From: Catajapyx aquilonaris
Taxonomy: Eukaryota
Assembly: GCA_000934665.2 (NCBI GenBank)
Contig: JYFJ02001985.1
Location: 1 to 64,000, forward strand
DNA length: 64,000 nucleotides
Reading direction: 5' to 3'
Below, piece by piece: positions 50,201 through 62,940 of the stretch. Under the pieces are notes generated by a model. It was not told where the DNA came from and did no database searches. It was given only the letters and a program-made list of their open reading frames with translations. Positions within the stretch are counted from its first letter, which is position 1. Each line of letters starts with the position of its first letter. The translations under genes and the position numbers were made by a program.

Positions 50201-53200
50201 TCTGTTATCAGCAAATATAGTGGTCGCCCTTACTTGCAAAATACAAATAACAATATCCAACTTACTTCTGAGAATAAACTGTCGGTCCCTGGTAAGAAGC
50301 CTCTGGACAGTTGGATTAGGTAGTGTTGAAACAAGCTGGACCCCTTTGTTCTCACTCCCTTTACTCTTCCCACCTGGTCCTCCCATACCACCTTCCTCCA
50401 GTTGGCTGGGAAGTGACACCTCTTCCCACAATGGAACAGGAGGGAACTTCTTCAGCAGATCCCAGAGAGGAGACTCACAGCGCCAAGCCATGTGTTCTAG
50501 GATCTGTTCTTCAATCTGTACAGATATATTAAATGTTATGGGTACATATTCCAGTGTCATCACTATTGTAGAAGGATCAATTATTTTATAATGTATAAAT
50601 AGGGACAGATCATAAAAAATTGTTACCTTCTACAGCTTGTGGTATATTGATCATAATTAACTGATTACATTAACCTCAATGATCACATTTGAATCTGATT
50701 ACTGTGAGGCCCTTGAAAAGTGTTGAAAGTTGATAAACCTGGATATGCTCAGAAGGCAACTTCTGCTGGCAAATGATGGCAATATATGCAGAAATATCTG
50801 TTAGAGTGAAATTTCTTTTGCTTCAACACTCTGGCAAGTGCTTGTAGTGTCAGATGTTAAGGTCATTTAAAAACAACTGAGCAAAGGGCAATACCCCAAT
50901 CAAGTCATGAAAATTATTAAAATAATGAAATGACTCTAACATGATTGAGGTGCTTCACGACATCTCTTGAGAGCTGGTCCTCGGCACGAATGGTCACTTC
51001 AATGACTTTGTAGAAGTGAAAAGGTTCGAGCATAAACACATCCAGCACCCACGGAAATGCACGCTGGGAGTTGTATGAGAAGATAACTATTTCTAAGCAG
51101 CAGGCAAACAAAGACTGGTGGAAGATATCTTGCTCAAGTAGAAACTGAAACAAAAAAGGTGGTTCAACGTGATATAAACCAGCAATATTTATCACAAGAT
51201 CAACATACTGTTAGATCATAATCATTCTTCCTCTTGGTCTCCTCAATCAGGATATTTTCTAGCAGTTTGTAATATAGTGTTTCTCCTAGCTGCAGCCTCT
51301 TCTTAGCAAAATCAATGTGGGAACCTGGAAAGTCCTCAGTCGTCTGGGCATAGCGAGTACAAAAAGTGTCCCCCATTTCTCTTATCCTGCTCTGGATGGA
51401 ATCTTCTGGGTTGTGGGTACATTTACTGCAAGAATTTGAGATTTTTAAAATGAGCATTCCAATGAACCATGGAGCAACACCTTTTAAATTCAGGGTACTT
51501 TCTTGACACTACAGCAGACTGGAGCATAATGATTTATAAGATAATCAATTGCTCGAGAAAGTATTGCTCTATGGTCTACGCAGTATTCCAAGGACCAGTA
51601 GTTGGGATCCAAGGATACATATGGAGATTTTTTGACCACGCAGAGTTCTTGATTCTTGCTTCCATCCTATCCCTGAGATCCACAACCATCCTTCCATCTA
51701 ACCTGTACACCCCTTACTTAAACTACTTGACCTATTAAAACTTACATGAACTGGTGAGAATTAGTGATGAGTGTTTAGGTGGCTAATATAGAGATCAGCA
51801 GGCATAAGTCTTGCATTTTGTCACCAAGACCTTGACTTATAGAGTGAAAACCTGTTTGCTATGTTCATACTCCTGACATGAAATGCGGGGCAATTTGTAG
51901 CATTCACCACAAACTGCTTAAATAATTCAAGTGTTAAGTGTGGAAATGTTCTAAATGCAACTTCTTGGTATGGGATTTCAATAGTGAATTCAGATGCACT
52001 CCTTTAAGTGGCAAAGAAGATATTGGGGAAGGAGGAAAGCAGCCACAAGGCTGGAGAGAGATAACCCTGGTTAGACACAATGCTAGAAAACAAGTGAAGT
52101 ACCAACCTAAAGATCTCTAACAATGTATCACTGGGACTAGCTTTCCTGCCAGCCAACAAAGCCTGTAGACGACTAACACTCTGGGTTGCCGTGGAGACAG
52201 GTGTGATGCTGTGGCACTCTTGAGCCTTCAGGTACAAACGACCAGTAAGTGGAGTTGTTGGAATAAAATTGCGCACCTTGAAAGTATCCGTTTTGCCCTT
52301 TCCTCCTTTCTGTAAGACAATACCAGGAAAAATGAGTACTTACTTTATATTTAAAACGTTTAATACAACTTTTGGAGAATTCCAGAGAGGAATGCAACAT
52401 CAGCAGAAAACAAATGGTGCCTTGGGACCTGCTTGGGACAGAGTTGCAATTAGCAAATCAAATGTTGCCAAGGTCCAAAGTAATTAAATTATACCCTGAT
52501 AAAAGCTACTTTGCATAATGTGAGAAAAAAATCAATCGTTGACATAATAATATTATTGCCCACAAATTGTCACACTAGAAATATGAAACCCTTCATTGTA
52601 TATGAGCTCCTGACTCTCAACACTTACATAATTATTCTTGTGAGTAGTTATGACTGTACTGTTTTTGATGATATGACTAGATGAAAAAAAGCTGCAATCC
52701 ATTTTCACCTGAGCCTTCATTTAGAATTTTAGATCAGTCATGTTTAGAATTTGCCTAATTTGTCTCTCCGAGGTGATGTGCATGTAGTACTACTTTCCCT
52801 CTCAGTGGCAGTAGTGTGTCGAGAGGGACCCTTTGCACCACCTGCCAGTGGCATGTCGTCCCATGTCCAAGTGGGGGGAGAGCAGGGCAGCATTGGAAAT
52901 ATTTGGCCTTGGGTTTGGCACAGGTTCGCTCTCATGTGTAAGAATTCAGAATTTTTTACATTGCATGCTACAGCTCTGGAGGTTTGCAGATTTCTAGGCA
53001 TTTAAGTGGTAGTGGTGCAAGATACATTTAAAAAGAACTCACCAAATCAGCTTGCTGCTGCTGTGAACGATATGCCTGCATCTTCTCTGCAAAATCCTTC
53101 AGTCCTTGTGACCCATTCATCTTAGTGGGAGTCCCTATTTCTTCATTGGCACCCTCACCAAGGTAAATCCTTTCATCAAAGTCTCCAACACTGAGAACAA

Positions 53201-55584
53201 ACTCCTCGTATTGCTTGTCAATTTGCTTCACATTGTATTCAAAATTCCCTGCATCCAACACTCCAAGATATTTGGAGGCATCCCCTTTGAGAACCTTGCT
53301 ATCAAAGAGCTTTTTCAGATGGGGCTTCCACCAATACTCTTTAATGTGCAATGCTTCCACCTGGATGCCGTCATGGCCTTCACACAGCTTGTGAATGACA
53401 CTGGGGACTTCTGATGGAAGACTCCAATTTTTTTCCAGGAAATCGTTTGGTAGACCTGAAATAAAGTAATGATGATCAATGCCATGGTCATAAAATTTAT
53501 CACAAATTTAGCAAATAATCTAATCTCTATATATTTAAGGACCATCTCTTTTGTATTTTTACCTTCAGGCACCAAGTCTTACTTCACAGACCAAGCTTAG
53601 ACCTACTGACATCCTTTAACCCTTTGACGCCTACGGACATCATATGATGTCCTGGTGGTTTTTGAACTGGGAGCGCTCGAGTTTACACAAAAATGGCACA
53701 GTCTGAGGCTCAAACTGATCCTACTACCCCCTGGAAGGAGGCCCAACTACCATGGCATATGCTAATCAGTTTTTCAGCCTCCCAGCATGAGCTAAACATA
53801 CCCCCTCCCGCCTGAAAGTTTCTGCCAACATGCGTCGTCTGGGCTCGTAGTATTTTCTCAAAGTACAGTGTTTTAGTAGTATAACCATAGTAACAATTTT
53901 ATAGTGACATTAAAAATTTAAATAAATTTAATTACATTTAAAGTTAATTTTTAAAAATCTGGAACACCCTGTAGACAAATTTTTTCGGCATTTTACATTC
54001 AAAAGGACCCCCCACAAGTTGAAATGATAAATATTGGAGCATATTGTTTTTCATTAATATTACTCCTACTAGCATTTTTTTCAAAGAGAGACTAAAACAT
54101 CCCAAAAAACTCAGGCATCAAAGGATTAACCTTACTAGAAACTTTTCATGCAATCCCATGTCTAATAGTTTCATGTCTCATACATGCATAGGAAAAAATA
54201 AGTAACCAGTGGTACACTACTGGAAAAAACTGCCTTGTACCCCTACAAGCACCACCACATGTGCTTCCAGAGGCATGTTGCCAGGTTGAGTCACTTGTGC
54301 TCCCACTTGTGGCACTAATTGTAGGGGGTCAAGAAGTTTTTTCCAGCAGTGTACTGCTGGATGCACAGTTGTGCATCTAATAGTACCACGCAGTGCTACG
54401 TTTACTCCACTGATCTCTATACAGAATGGATAGCTGAACTACTGCATTCGTCCAAGGCTGCTGGACTTGATTGTACGCCATGTTACCGTGCTGTCTGCTT
54501 ATGGTGTGCTTAGCAATGTAGTGCGATAATGATAATATACGTATATTCTTAGCCTACTTTTGCTCACACAACAATGCCAACTTACTGTGCATATGTCAGG
54601 AATAGTACCTGCAATAAGTAGGCTACTGCTGTTTTGAATAATACATGCAGGAAAAAGGTTTTTCCTGAATTGTACCGTCATATGTTTGATAGCCCCCCTG
54701 AAAACAATCATGTGCATCGGTTGGTTAAAGTTATAGCAGAAGTGTATGAAAAAGTTTGTCTGCACAACATTGCTAAAGAGCAAACATTGCTAGCTGATAC
54801 AGCCAAAACACATAAAGAAGAACTAGTCAATGATGATTTTATCTCAGCACCAGTAATTTATGTTCATGAAGTGCATTTTAATTATGGATAAGTTTGTAAT
54901 AGTTCATTTTGTTTCTTTTTGTATGACTACTATAAAATCCCTTACCTTCCATCACACAAGTGTTTCCGTTACTGTAGCTCTAACAAGTGTCAAATGAAAT
55001 TATGCAAACAGGAATTGCTCCACTCTTTGTACATTCATCTATGGCAGTACTTCCCAGTCTTTTTCGTTGGTGAACCCAGAAAATCATATCGTGAAATTGC
55101 ACCCCCCACTTTGAATTTCACCCACCTAACTCCACCCGTCCACACTAGCATACCTCTCGCAATAACCTGCCAGGCATGCACATTTTGATCCACCAACATG
55201 ACAATCGTAATATTACTGCCGAATATCTGCATTGTTCTGTCACTTATCTTACGACAGGGGTTAACAAACTGTGGGGAGAGAGGGTAACAAATTATTTCCA
55301 CGAAAATATTCTAGGTCTCTTGGAAATTATGACCATAACGTAAGTTACAAAACAATTCAGATACTGGTACTCCACACCACACTAGTTTAAAATGCTTTTA
55401 ATTTCACTGTTTACCTGTCTTTTCATGTTGGGGGATCAAAATGTGCACATGAGGAGGGTCGGGAATTTTACGAGACAATTATCTGGGGTCGCGAATGGAA
55501 GAAATATACTGGGAAGCACTGCCTTATATTTTTAAAGGACAATGAAACTATTTTGTAAAAAGATTATTATTATTATTATTATTA

Positions 55585-55618
<34 letters not shown>

Positions 55619-58600
55619 TGTAATACCCCTTGCGACCCCTTACGGGGTTTTCAGGGAGAGCCAATTGCTCCTAAACGTAAACGCCATCGATTGAGTCCGA
55701 CAAAAACTTGAGACCATGTGAGAAGCGCCCGGGCCTACGGGCAGGGTGCAAGGTGCAATGCATCGACTAATACGGTCATTTTGTGAGCTCCCCTGAGTGG
55801 CTTAGTCTGTTGGAGATACCACCCAAAACGAAGCCAGAGACGACCCCAGAACTCTGCACGAGATGAAGGGGGTGTCCCCGGGTTGGGTTCGAACTCGGGA
55901 CCTTAACATCCGTGGGCACATACGTTACTGCAGCGCCACTCCGCCTCCCCAAAAAGAATTAATTTGTTGCCATCTTGAGCGACCCCGAGTTTGAGGAACG
56001 CTGAGAGATGTCGAAACTGGAGTGCTCAATGGAAAAATATATCACGGATGAAAAGCATGTGAAAAACGAAGAAATACAATTACGTCTTCATTGCCCGCTT
56101 TGAATGCCCGTGCTACTTCTTAGCACGGCAACATGGCCGCCGCGTGAAAGCGGGGGCTTCACTATTGATAGAGGGCGAAGGTGGGCTTTCAGCTATCCAT
56201 ACTATATAGAGATCAGTGGTTTACTCCCTCTGCCACCCTAGGCATTTGAGATCTCTCTCTCTCTCTCTCTCTCTCACTTGCAAACAAGTCTTACTGATTT
56301 CATATTTTTCCAAAACGCTGCACGAACTTTTACATAGGCCTGATAATAACAACAATAACTTGCCTGAAAAATTCATATTAATTATGTCCTTCCTGTTCGC
56401 CATGAGGACATTCCCAAAGATCAGGTCACAACAAGCCAGGAGAAGGTGGTATGAATTAACGAGATCATCACTAATCTGATGGAAGGTGCCTTTGACGCAT
56501 GCAAACAATGTCCAGCAGAAGTCAAATATTTCAGAAGTTGTAGGTGGAAGTTTCCTGTAATAAAAATGACATTAGAAGAATTATAACCAAAACCTTCACT
56601 TGCAGAGCGATCATAATAAGTTATTCATGTGTAGGCTCCATTACAGGCATTATTCCAGACACATTAAAGCACCACAGGAGTACACTAATATATCTTAATA
56701 ATGACAACTGAAGAATACACTTCAACTAATGACAGTTGCACTGCTGTAGACAAACTCTTAAAACAAGGGTTCACATATACGCGATTGTGATCAAATAAAG
56801 CGAGCGAATTTCAGCTTTCAGCGAATTCGTGTCTGGCCGAAGGCATTCACGTATCAGCGATTTTCTCCTAGACGCAAGCAAATTTTGGTCACTTACGTGA
56901 CTAAACTTAAAATCGCGCTCCTCTGCCAGAGCCAGATAGAAGCGAATTTTGGAGCTGGTTCGAGCCACCCAGCGCAGCCATGCAGACTTGTCGGCCTTCC
57001 TCGGCCATGTTGGGAATGCGGATGCCCGAGCTCAGAAGTTACCTATTTTTTTGTCACGAACTCCTGACCCGGCTAGCCTCCGCACCATGTCCAGCCCTTG
57101 CCCCACTTGGTGCACTGTGACCTGGACGCCCTTCCGAGGTCGGTTCAGCAGCATTTTCACTGCCATGCTGGCTGCCTCGCAGCACAGGGCTCCGCCATCT
57201 TTCTCAGCCCAAGATGGCCCCCTGCCCACACGACCCCGAACCCGTCCTCCCTCCTACATGCCCTGCTGCACAGCACATGCTCCATAACTAACGAGTCAGT
57301 TTTATCGCATAGCGGATACGTGAATGCCCGGAAAACGGTCCAAAAATTCACTCGCTTCGTGACGTAAAAGACGTGAAAAAGCAAAACCTGAAAATCACTT
57401 GCAAGTGTTTATTCGCATATATGTGAACGCACCTTTATCCTTACCATTAACTGTTGCCAATAACTAACTACTACTGAACAGGCCCCTTTTGCTGATTTAT
57501 AGTGAGAGGAAGAGGCATTTAAAATATCCATATAGAGATGCTTACAAGATTATTGCAGTTTATCATATTTGGATCCCGCCCATTTCCCTCGTTAGTTTTC
57601 TTTTAAATACAGACCAAGTGTGAAGGACTGAAGGTCAACACTTGGGGGAGAGGGATTTTTCACCAGGGGCAAAGCATGGCAACATCTGCAAAATTTATAG
57701 GCCAACAGGAATTAACGACAAGAAAATTTGTCCTAATGGCAACTGCATCATCTGCTCAGCACAATTTTCCAGGACAGGAGAGTCAACTGTAAAATAAATA
57801 ACTCTTACCTGTACTTTCTATTTCTAGGCTGCCTTGGAGGTGTCTCTGCAGGATCAGTAAACATATCCAAAAATATTGGCTGGAACTTTTTGAAAATAAC
57901 TGTAGACACAGCAAAGTTTCTTTCTAGTCTCTCAATTTTGCCACGGAACTCTTGTGAAAGGTTGGCCATATCTGCCCACTTCTTGCTCTTGTCAAAGAAT
58001 TGGATAAGGCTGGAAAGAGTTAACAAAGTCAACCGTAATCTTTGCAATTTTGTGTCCTTTGAAACATTACAAGAGATGTCATAAAACACCATTAAAGGCT
58101 GGCTGCACTATTAATCACATACAGCCATCCCTTGGTTATCAACAGTAATTGGGTCCAAGAGCCCTCTGCAGATAAGTGACACCCACAGATAAATCTAAGC
58201 CTATTTAATAGGCATTTTAAAGCATACATAGCCTACATATAGCTATGATATGCAAATTATACACATTAAAACATCAACAAAAACAACTACCAATACAATG
58301 CAATTTACATGTTCCAATATATAAATTGATGCAGAAACATAATTTATTTACATCGTGAAATGTTTAAAGGGACACTCCACTCAAAATACAAGTTGGGTTC
58401 TAAAAATCGGGCAAAAAATCCTGATTCCGAGGGTATAAGCAGTTTTTCTTAGAGACGAACGGTAAGGCCAGTGTGAAAGCTGGAAGTGTGTCGTTCGAAA
58501 ACCACGCGCGGGGAAGGTGGGCGCAGGTGGCGACGCCACCAGAGTGGAACCGGGCGGAACTAGAGAAGGCATCCTGGCGCGGCAGTTGTTTGTTGAGCAC

Positions 58601-61600
58601 CTTCTCTACTTCTCCGGTTTGCCGCGAGATGCTGTTGTATCGCCCTTCTTAGCAGACGACGCGAGACGACATGTGTAGATATATGATTTTTCGTGTTACC
58701 GTTGGGCGTAGAAAGAAAACGATTGCACATTCGGAATCAGGATTTTTTGCCCGATTTTTGGGGGCCAACTTGTATTTTGAGTGGAGTGTCCCTTTAAAAA
58801 ATCAACTGATGACTGGCACACTGTAAATATAATTCATATTTTTAAAAGTATAACTTCATATTTTTTCAAGTGTCACCAGAAAAACAAGCATACAAAAACC
58901 ATGCTTCCATCCCCTCCCTCCCACAAGAAAAAAAATCCCCTGAGATTAACAGTCCTAGCAAGGATTAATGTATTCTTATTATTTATTCAACCATTAATTC
59001 ATTAGATTCAAATACACACCTCATGCTGCAAGATCTAAGCAGTCGAACTAAGCTGACACAATTTCCTTCCACCACGGCTCCAGATCTGGCCACAGTTGGG
59101 ATGGTAGCCTTCCGGCAGGCCACATAAAGAGCACATCCTAGCCAGTGCAGCTGATTGCCCTGAAAATATTTAAGAACCCTCCTTTAAGCTGGGTGAACAC
59201 TGAATCATTGCTTGCCTCACCTCCGTCAAAGGTTGGCCTGGCATTGCAGTACCCATCCTACCTCCATCTAGTATGTAACCCATCTGTCAGTAATGCAAAA
59301 ATAAAGACCAATCTGGGAAACTTGGCAAGACACTAACACATCAGCACATCCAGCACTGATCCACGAATTCCATAGCAATGTCCTATCAAGCAAGGGATTG
59401 CGACAAACACACAGTTGGCAGATGACTGACTTTACATTTTCTTGCCCCATCTCTTTCTCAAAAACCCCCATCAATAACTCATGCACCCCTAACTGTTATC
59501 AAGAAAAACCCCATTAATCACATGATTATGCACAGGAGAAGGTACAGTGAAGCCTGCCCATTACAGACCTTGAATAGAGAGGAAATCTGTCAATTGCAGA
59601 ATTTTTTCTTGGAACAGGCGTATACATAGGACATGCAATGTACAGTATTTTTTGACGCATGTTACGGAACCTGCCCAATGTGGAAACAGAACTCATTTTT
59701 GTCCCCCTTCAGAGAAAATCTCAGGTCATCAAAAGGGTTGATATTATCTCCAGCGAGTCACGTAAATGGAAACTACAGCTGGGTTCACTCTCAGCCCTCC
59801 CAGGAGGCCTCTGACAACCAAACTCACTCTTTTTACCCTCCTAAATTTTGAACATTTTTGGATTTTCTATTCTGCTTGGCCTAGTGTCATGCAAACATCT
59901 CCTCTGCTGCTAATTTTCACATTAGCAGGGTCAAAATACTAGCCAAAAAGGCGATATTCTGAAGCCACAACACGTGCATCCGGCCACATGTTGCGGATCC
60001 GCCGGTCCCGGCAGACGGGTCACAGGTCTCCGCAACTGATATCAGTGATATGTAAATGGTAGGGAGGCATGGCGGTCTAGTGGTTACGTCACAGGCCAGC
60101 CAAGCGGTAGGCCGGGGTTCAAATCCCGTCCCCGTCACCTCTGCTTGGCCGGGTCTTTTTCCGCTTTTCTCCCGACATGCCGGGGCAGAATTCCACTCCC
60201 TACTCTGCCCAGGGCCAGAAGAAAAGGCCTGGTGTTTAAAGAATGTCAAAAATGACTACCGCACAGCGCCCTTCCTTGGGAACCTCCCCAAATGATTGAT
60301 TAAACTTGATTCATAATTGCTACATAAAATTGATTTCAAAGCATGTGAGGTGATATTCTTCTTGTTCGCGCCACCCTCGAGCGCGTTACAGCCGCGGCCA
60401 CTGTGGACCTGCAACCCGTGACCGGCTGCAAGTGTTGTGGCTTCAGAATATCACCTTTTGCCTTGTATTTTTGTGAAAATTAGCAGCAGAGGTGATGTTT
60501 GCACAACACTATATGCCAAGCAGAATAAGAAAATACAAAAATTGTTAAATTTTAGCAGAGTAAAAAGAGTGAGTTTGGTTGTGAGTCAGCCTTCAGTGGA
60601 CTGTCCGACACCACATCTAATAATTTCCGGCATTGCTATCAGACCTATGATCACACCGGCAAGTTGGCTAGGCACAACACACTATTTTTGGTTGAAAAAC
60701 CTGATTCTACTCTTGAAATGCACCCAATATATTTAAAAAATAATAGTAACAAAATAAAATGTGCATCTTAGATTCGTGTAAGTAGGGTATAGCTTTTTTA
60801 GCGAACAACTGGCATCTCAAAAAACTCACAATCTGTATACTTTGCTTTAAAATATTAAGATATAAATTATCTAAAGTTCCTTAGTACCTCCTGTGGTCAT
60901 TTAATTACGGGAAAAAACCTGCAAAACTGAGAATTTAAAATGCAAATTTTTGCCGAAAAAATTTGAAATTCATTTTCATAGTACAGTGTTGTAGTAATAT
61001 TATGCAACCATAATAACATTGTCTAAAGTGATTATGTAAACTTGTTAGGCCTATTGAGGTTATGCGAGCCAAACGATTCTTTAACAATAATTTCTGGAAC
61101 ACCCTGTAGATGAATTTTTTTCCGGCACTTTACATTCAAAAGAACCACCACGAATTAAAGTGATTAATTTTGTCGCAAAGTTGTTATTCATTAATATCAC
61201 TCCTACATCAAATTTTGGACAAACGATAAAAAAACTGCCCAAAAACTCCGCCGTCAACAGGTTAAACTGTTAGAGTGGCAATAGTTGCCCTGCTGTCACC
61301 AAATTCATCAATATGTCAATAATTGGTCTTTACTGCATGCAACAATGGTCACCAACAGGCATTCCACTTGGCTATAAATAATATCCAAATACTGTACACT
61401 TTCAGCGGTTTGTAGCAAACCCTCAAGGCAAAATAGCAAAATTGCAATTGTCCATGTCCGACTTTCGACTTTTTCAAAATCGACACGAGCAGCACTCATT
61501 TTTTCACTTGACCTTTCCTCACTTTCTCCACCTCGTAGTACACTTTACAACCTTTGCGATATTTTCTTTGTACTGGTTTCAGGTGTGTACACCTTGATGT

Positions 61601-62035
61601 ACACTGCTTAGAAGTACGTTAACGTAGTCACTGTCTGGAAACTTTCCATTGACACCCCCCCCCCCNNNNNCCCCCCCCCCCCCCCATGCTTGGGGGCAGC
61701 TTGGCAACTGCACGGTTGGTGTACATAACTGCGTATCACCCTCCATGCAGATACAGACACTGTCAATACACTGTGGGCTACCCCAAGCAATGACTGTCCT
61801 CCCTGAAGCCCTGTTGTCATCAACAACAGGCTCAGAGATGTTGTTTGTTTGCATTGTCGGCTGTTTGTCCCCCTGGGTTTTCCCGCTAGTGACATACCTC
61901 GAGCGTGTAGTTCTGCTTTATGTTCTCGTAGCTCTGCCAGGCCTCGTCCCCAGTGTTCTTGTCCATGTTGAGTTCCTGGCACAGGTCCCTGAACTGGTGC
62001 ATCACGTCCTGATCCACCTCCTCGGAAAGACCCAT
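44278..62035 (-). CDS. RBL: Retinoblastoma-family pocket protein, p107/p130 (RBL1/RBL2, Rbf) type, about 1113 aa. Exons 62035-61898, 59159-59020, 58009-57809, 56554-56364, 53455-53043, 52309-52107, 51425-51209, 51144-50941, 50515-50266, 47948-47679, 46211-46033, 45575-45396, 45257-45071, 44961-44765, 44649-44278
   Basis: LC.ELNMD, NYTLEGNQLHWLGCALYVACRK, LERNFAVSTVIFKKF, DFDERIYL, TPVSTATQSVSRL, LFACCLEIVIFSY, FYKVIEV, GLFFRKFYYLASVRL, DRHLDQILMCAVY, YRMQPQA, DLIKFYN; 3342 nt in frame. Orthology to RBL1 versus RBL2 is not resolvable here. Confidence 0.95.
47124..47362. mobile_element. PIF/Harbinger (Tourist-like) MITE in an RBL intron
   Basis: TAA|AGGCCGCTTCACAAACTCAGCGTTGCGAAAGCGGGGC ... 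GCCCCGCTTTCACAACGCCGAGTTTGTGAAGCAGCCT|TAA; 3-bp TAA duplication. Confidence 0.85.
53620..54125. mobile_element. piggyBac-type non-autonomous element
   Basis: TTAA|CCCTTTGACGCCT ... AGGCATCAAAGGA|TTAA; right half is homologous to 61085-61261. Confidence 0.8.
54215..54351. mobile_element. Small palindromic MITE with CACTA-like termini
   Basis: TA|CACTACTGGAAAAAACT ... AGTTTTTTCCAGCAGTG|TA; inner arms CCCCTACAA / TTGTAGGGG also pair. Confidence 0.7.
54634..54860 (+). pseudogene. Remnant resembling the C-terminus of a P-element/THAP9-type transposase
   Basis: VFPELYRHMFD...NHVHRLVKVIAEVYEKVCLHNIAK, followed in another frame by KKN*SMMILSQHQ*, similar to the NH...L.K.I...Y...RLHH..K and K.ILF.HQ endings I recall for this family. 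Confidence 0.5.
55562..55950 (-). mobile_element. tRNA-derived SINE, family A, apparently full length with (AAT)n tail
   Basis: Minus-strand head GGGGAGGCGGAGTGGCGCTGCAGTAAC...GAGTTCGAACCC; body shared with 3950-4153; tail is the (ATT)n tract at 55562-55618. Confidence 0.8.
56767..57434. mobile_element. TIR-bounded GC-rich insertion, Harbinger-like, left end eroded
   Basis: GTTCACATATACGCGATT / ATTCGCATATATGTGAACGCACCT; CpG-rich interior contrasts with the CpG-poor RBL intron. Confidence 0.55.
58368..58793. mobile_element. Kolobok-type MITE
   Basis: TTAA|AGGGACACTCCACTCAAAATACAAGTTGG...CCAACTTGTATTTTGAGTGGAGTGTCCCT|TTAA; about 62-bp TIR; purine-purine termini with a TTAA TSD. Confidence 0.85.
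59806..60592. mobile_element. Long-palindrome MITE (arms about 190-230 bp) with a SINE at its centre
   Basis: ACAACCAAACTCACTCTTTTTAC...CTGAAGCCACAACAC (59815-59972) is mirrored by GTGTTGTGGCTTCAG...GTAAAAAGAGTGAGTTTGGTTGT (60432-60582). Confidence 0.75.
60062..60310 (+). mobile_element. tRNA-derived SINE, family C
   Basis: GGGAGGCATGGCGGTCTAGTGG (A box), GGTTCAAATCCC (B box), short (TGAT)n-like tail near 60294-60310. Confidence 0.65.
60900..61261. mobile_element. Right end of a second piggyBac-type element related to 53620-54125
   Basis: CTGGAACACCCTGTAGA..AATTTTTT..GGCA.TTTACATTCAAAAG shared; ends GCCGTCAACAGG|TTAA. Left boundary not found. Confidence 0.6.
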
Positions 62036-62521
62036 CTCGTCGTCGGCGGAGACTGGGTGACGCCAACTGGCACAATGGACAATACGTGGCGGGAAACACC
62101 CTCTCTACTCTGCCAACACCCACAGGGGCTGATCCAGGTGCTTCTTGGGGTTCACACACAACCGCGCTCCTGCTCGTCTCACGGCTGGCTGTGGGATGAT
62201 GGGAGGGCGGACGGAGGCTGGGGAACTGCTGGGAGGGGCAGGGTATGTGGGGCGCCAGCCAGGGATTGAAACAACAGGCCGAGTGGGGAAATGGGGACTA
62301 CTTTGACCAGAAAAGGGCGCGAAATGGGGACGCAGCACGCGCAAAGTAGGTCCACTACATACCACGGTGTGACCGCGGGACGCCGTCTGCACAGGAGGAA
62401 ATGCTGTGGAGAATACCGCGCACTGTCGGGAGGCAAATGGACACGTTTCTGGCTGTTCAACTGGTTGCTTTTGACGGCATTCCTCAAGCGGAGTGATACA
62501 CGCAGGGAAAACGGCGGGAAA
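61878..62521. promoter_or_regulatory. CpG-rich RBL promoter/first-exon region with four E2F consensus sites (TTTSSCGC)
   Basis: TTTCCCGC 61879-61886; GCGGGAAA 62089-62096; GCGCGAAA 62317-62324; GCGGGAAA 62514-62521. Confidence 0.65.
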
Positions 62522-62752
62522 CCGTATCACCGGCGGCTTGTACGGTATGACAACGAAGCTGGTGATTTCACGTAGAGATGTGACTAAATTTGTCTGGGGT
62601 GAAAGGTCACATGGCGGAAATGGCATAAATGAATTTGTATTGGGGCTCTGCCTCAGTGCGGAGGGACGGTCGCGGGTTGAGGCCATTTGTGTTAGCGAAA
62701 TCAGCAGAGGGCGGTGTTGCCGCGAGTGCATTGTTTCATAGCGTATTACTAT

Positions 62753-62940
62753 GGAGGGGGCCCCGCGTACCTTTTTGCCCCAGGGCCCCCAAGAGTCTTG
62801 TTACGCCCCTGTCCCCCTCCCCTCTCCGACTCGAATACTGTTATGATACGTCAAAAAAGTCTTACAATAGGTTACAATATTATGAAACGGACCGATCGGC
62901 CATGGGCCCCCCCCGAAAAAATTTCCTGCCTACGCCACTG
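62753..62940. mobile_element. Two adjacent hAT-like MITE terminal fragments
   Basis: ...GGGCCCCCAAGAGTCTTGTTACGCCCCTG and ...CCCCCCCGAAAAAATTTCCTGCCTACGCCACTG are reverse complements of CAGGGGCGTAAC and CAGTGGCGTAG, common hAT MITE ends; partner ends not found. Confidence 0.4.

Noticed and set aside
4080..60140. Functional tRNA genes at about 4080-4153, 9460-9536, 41791-41860, 55878-55950 and 60062-60137
   Set aside because: A and B boxes are present but the stems pair poorly, there is no oligo-T terminator right after the tRNA part, and four of the five continue into a body shared with another copy, so they are SINE heads.
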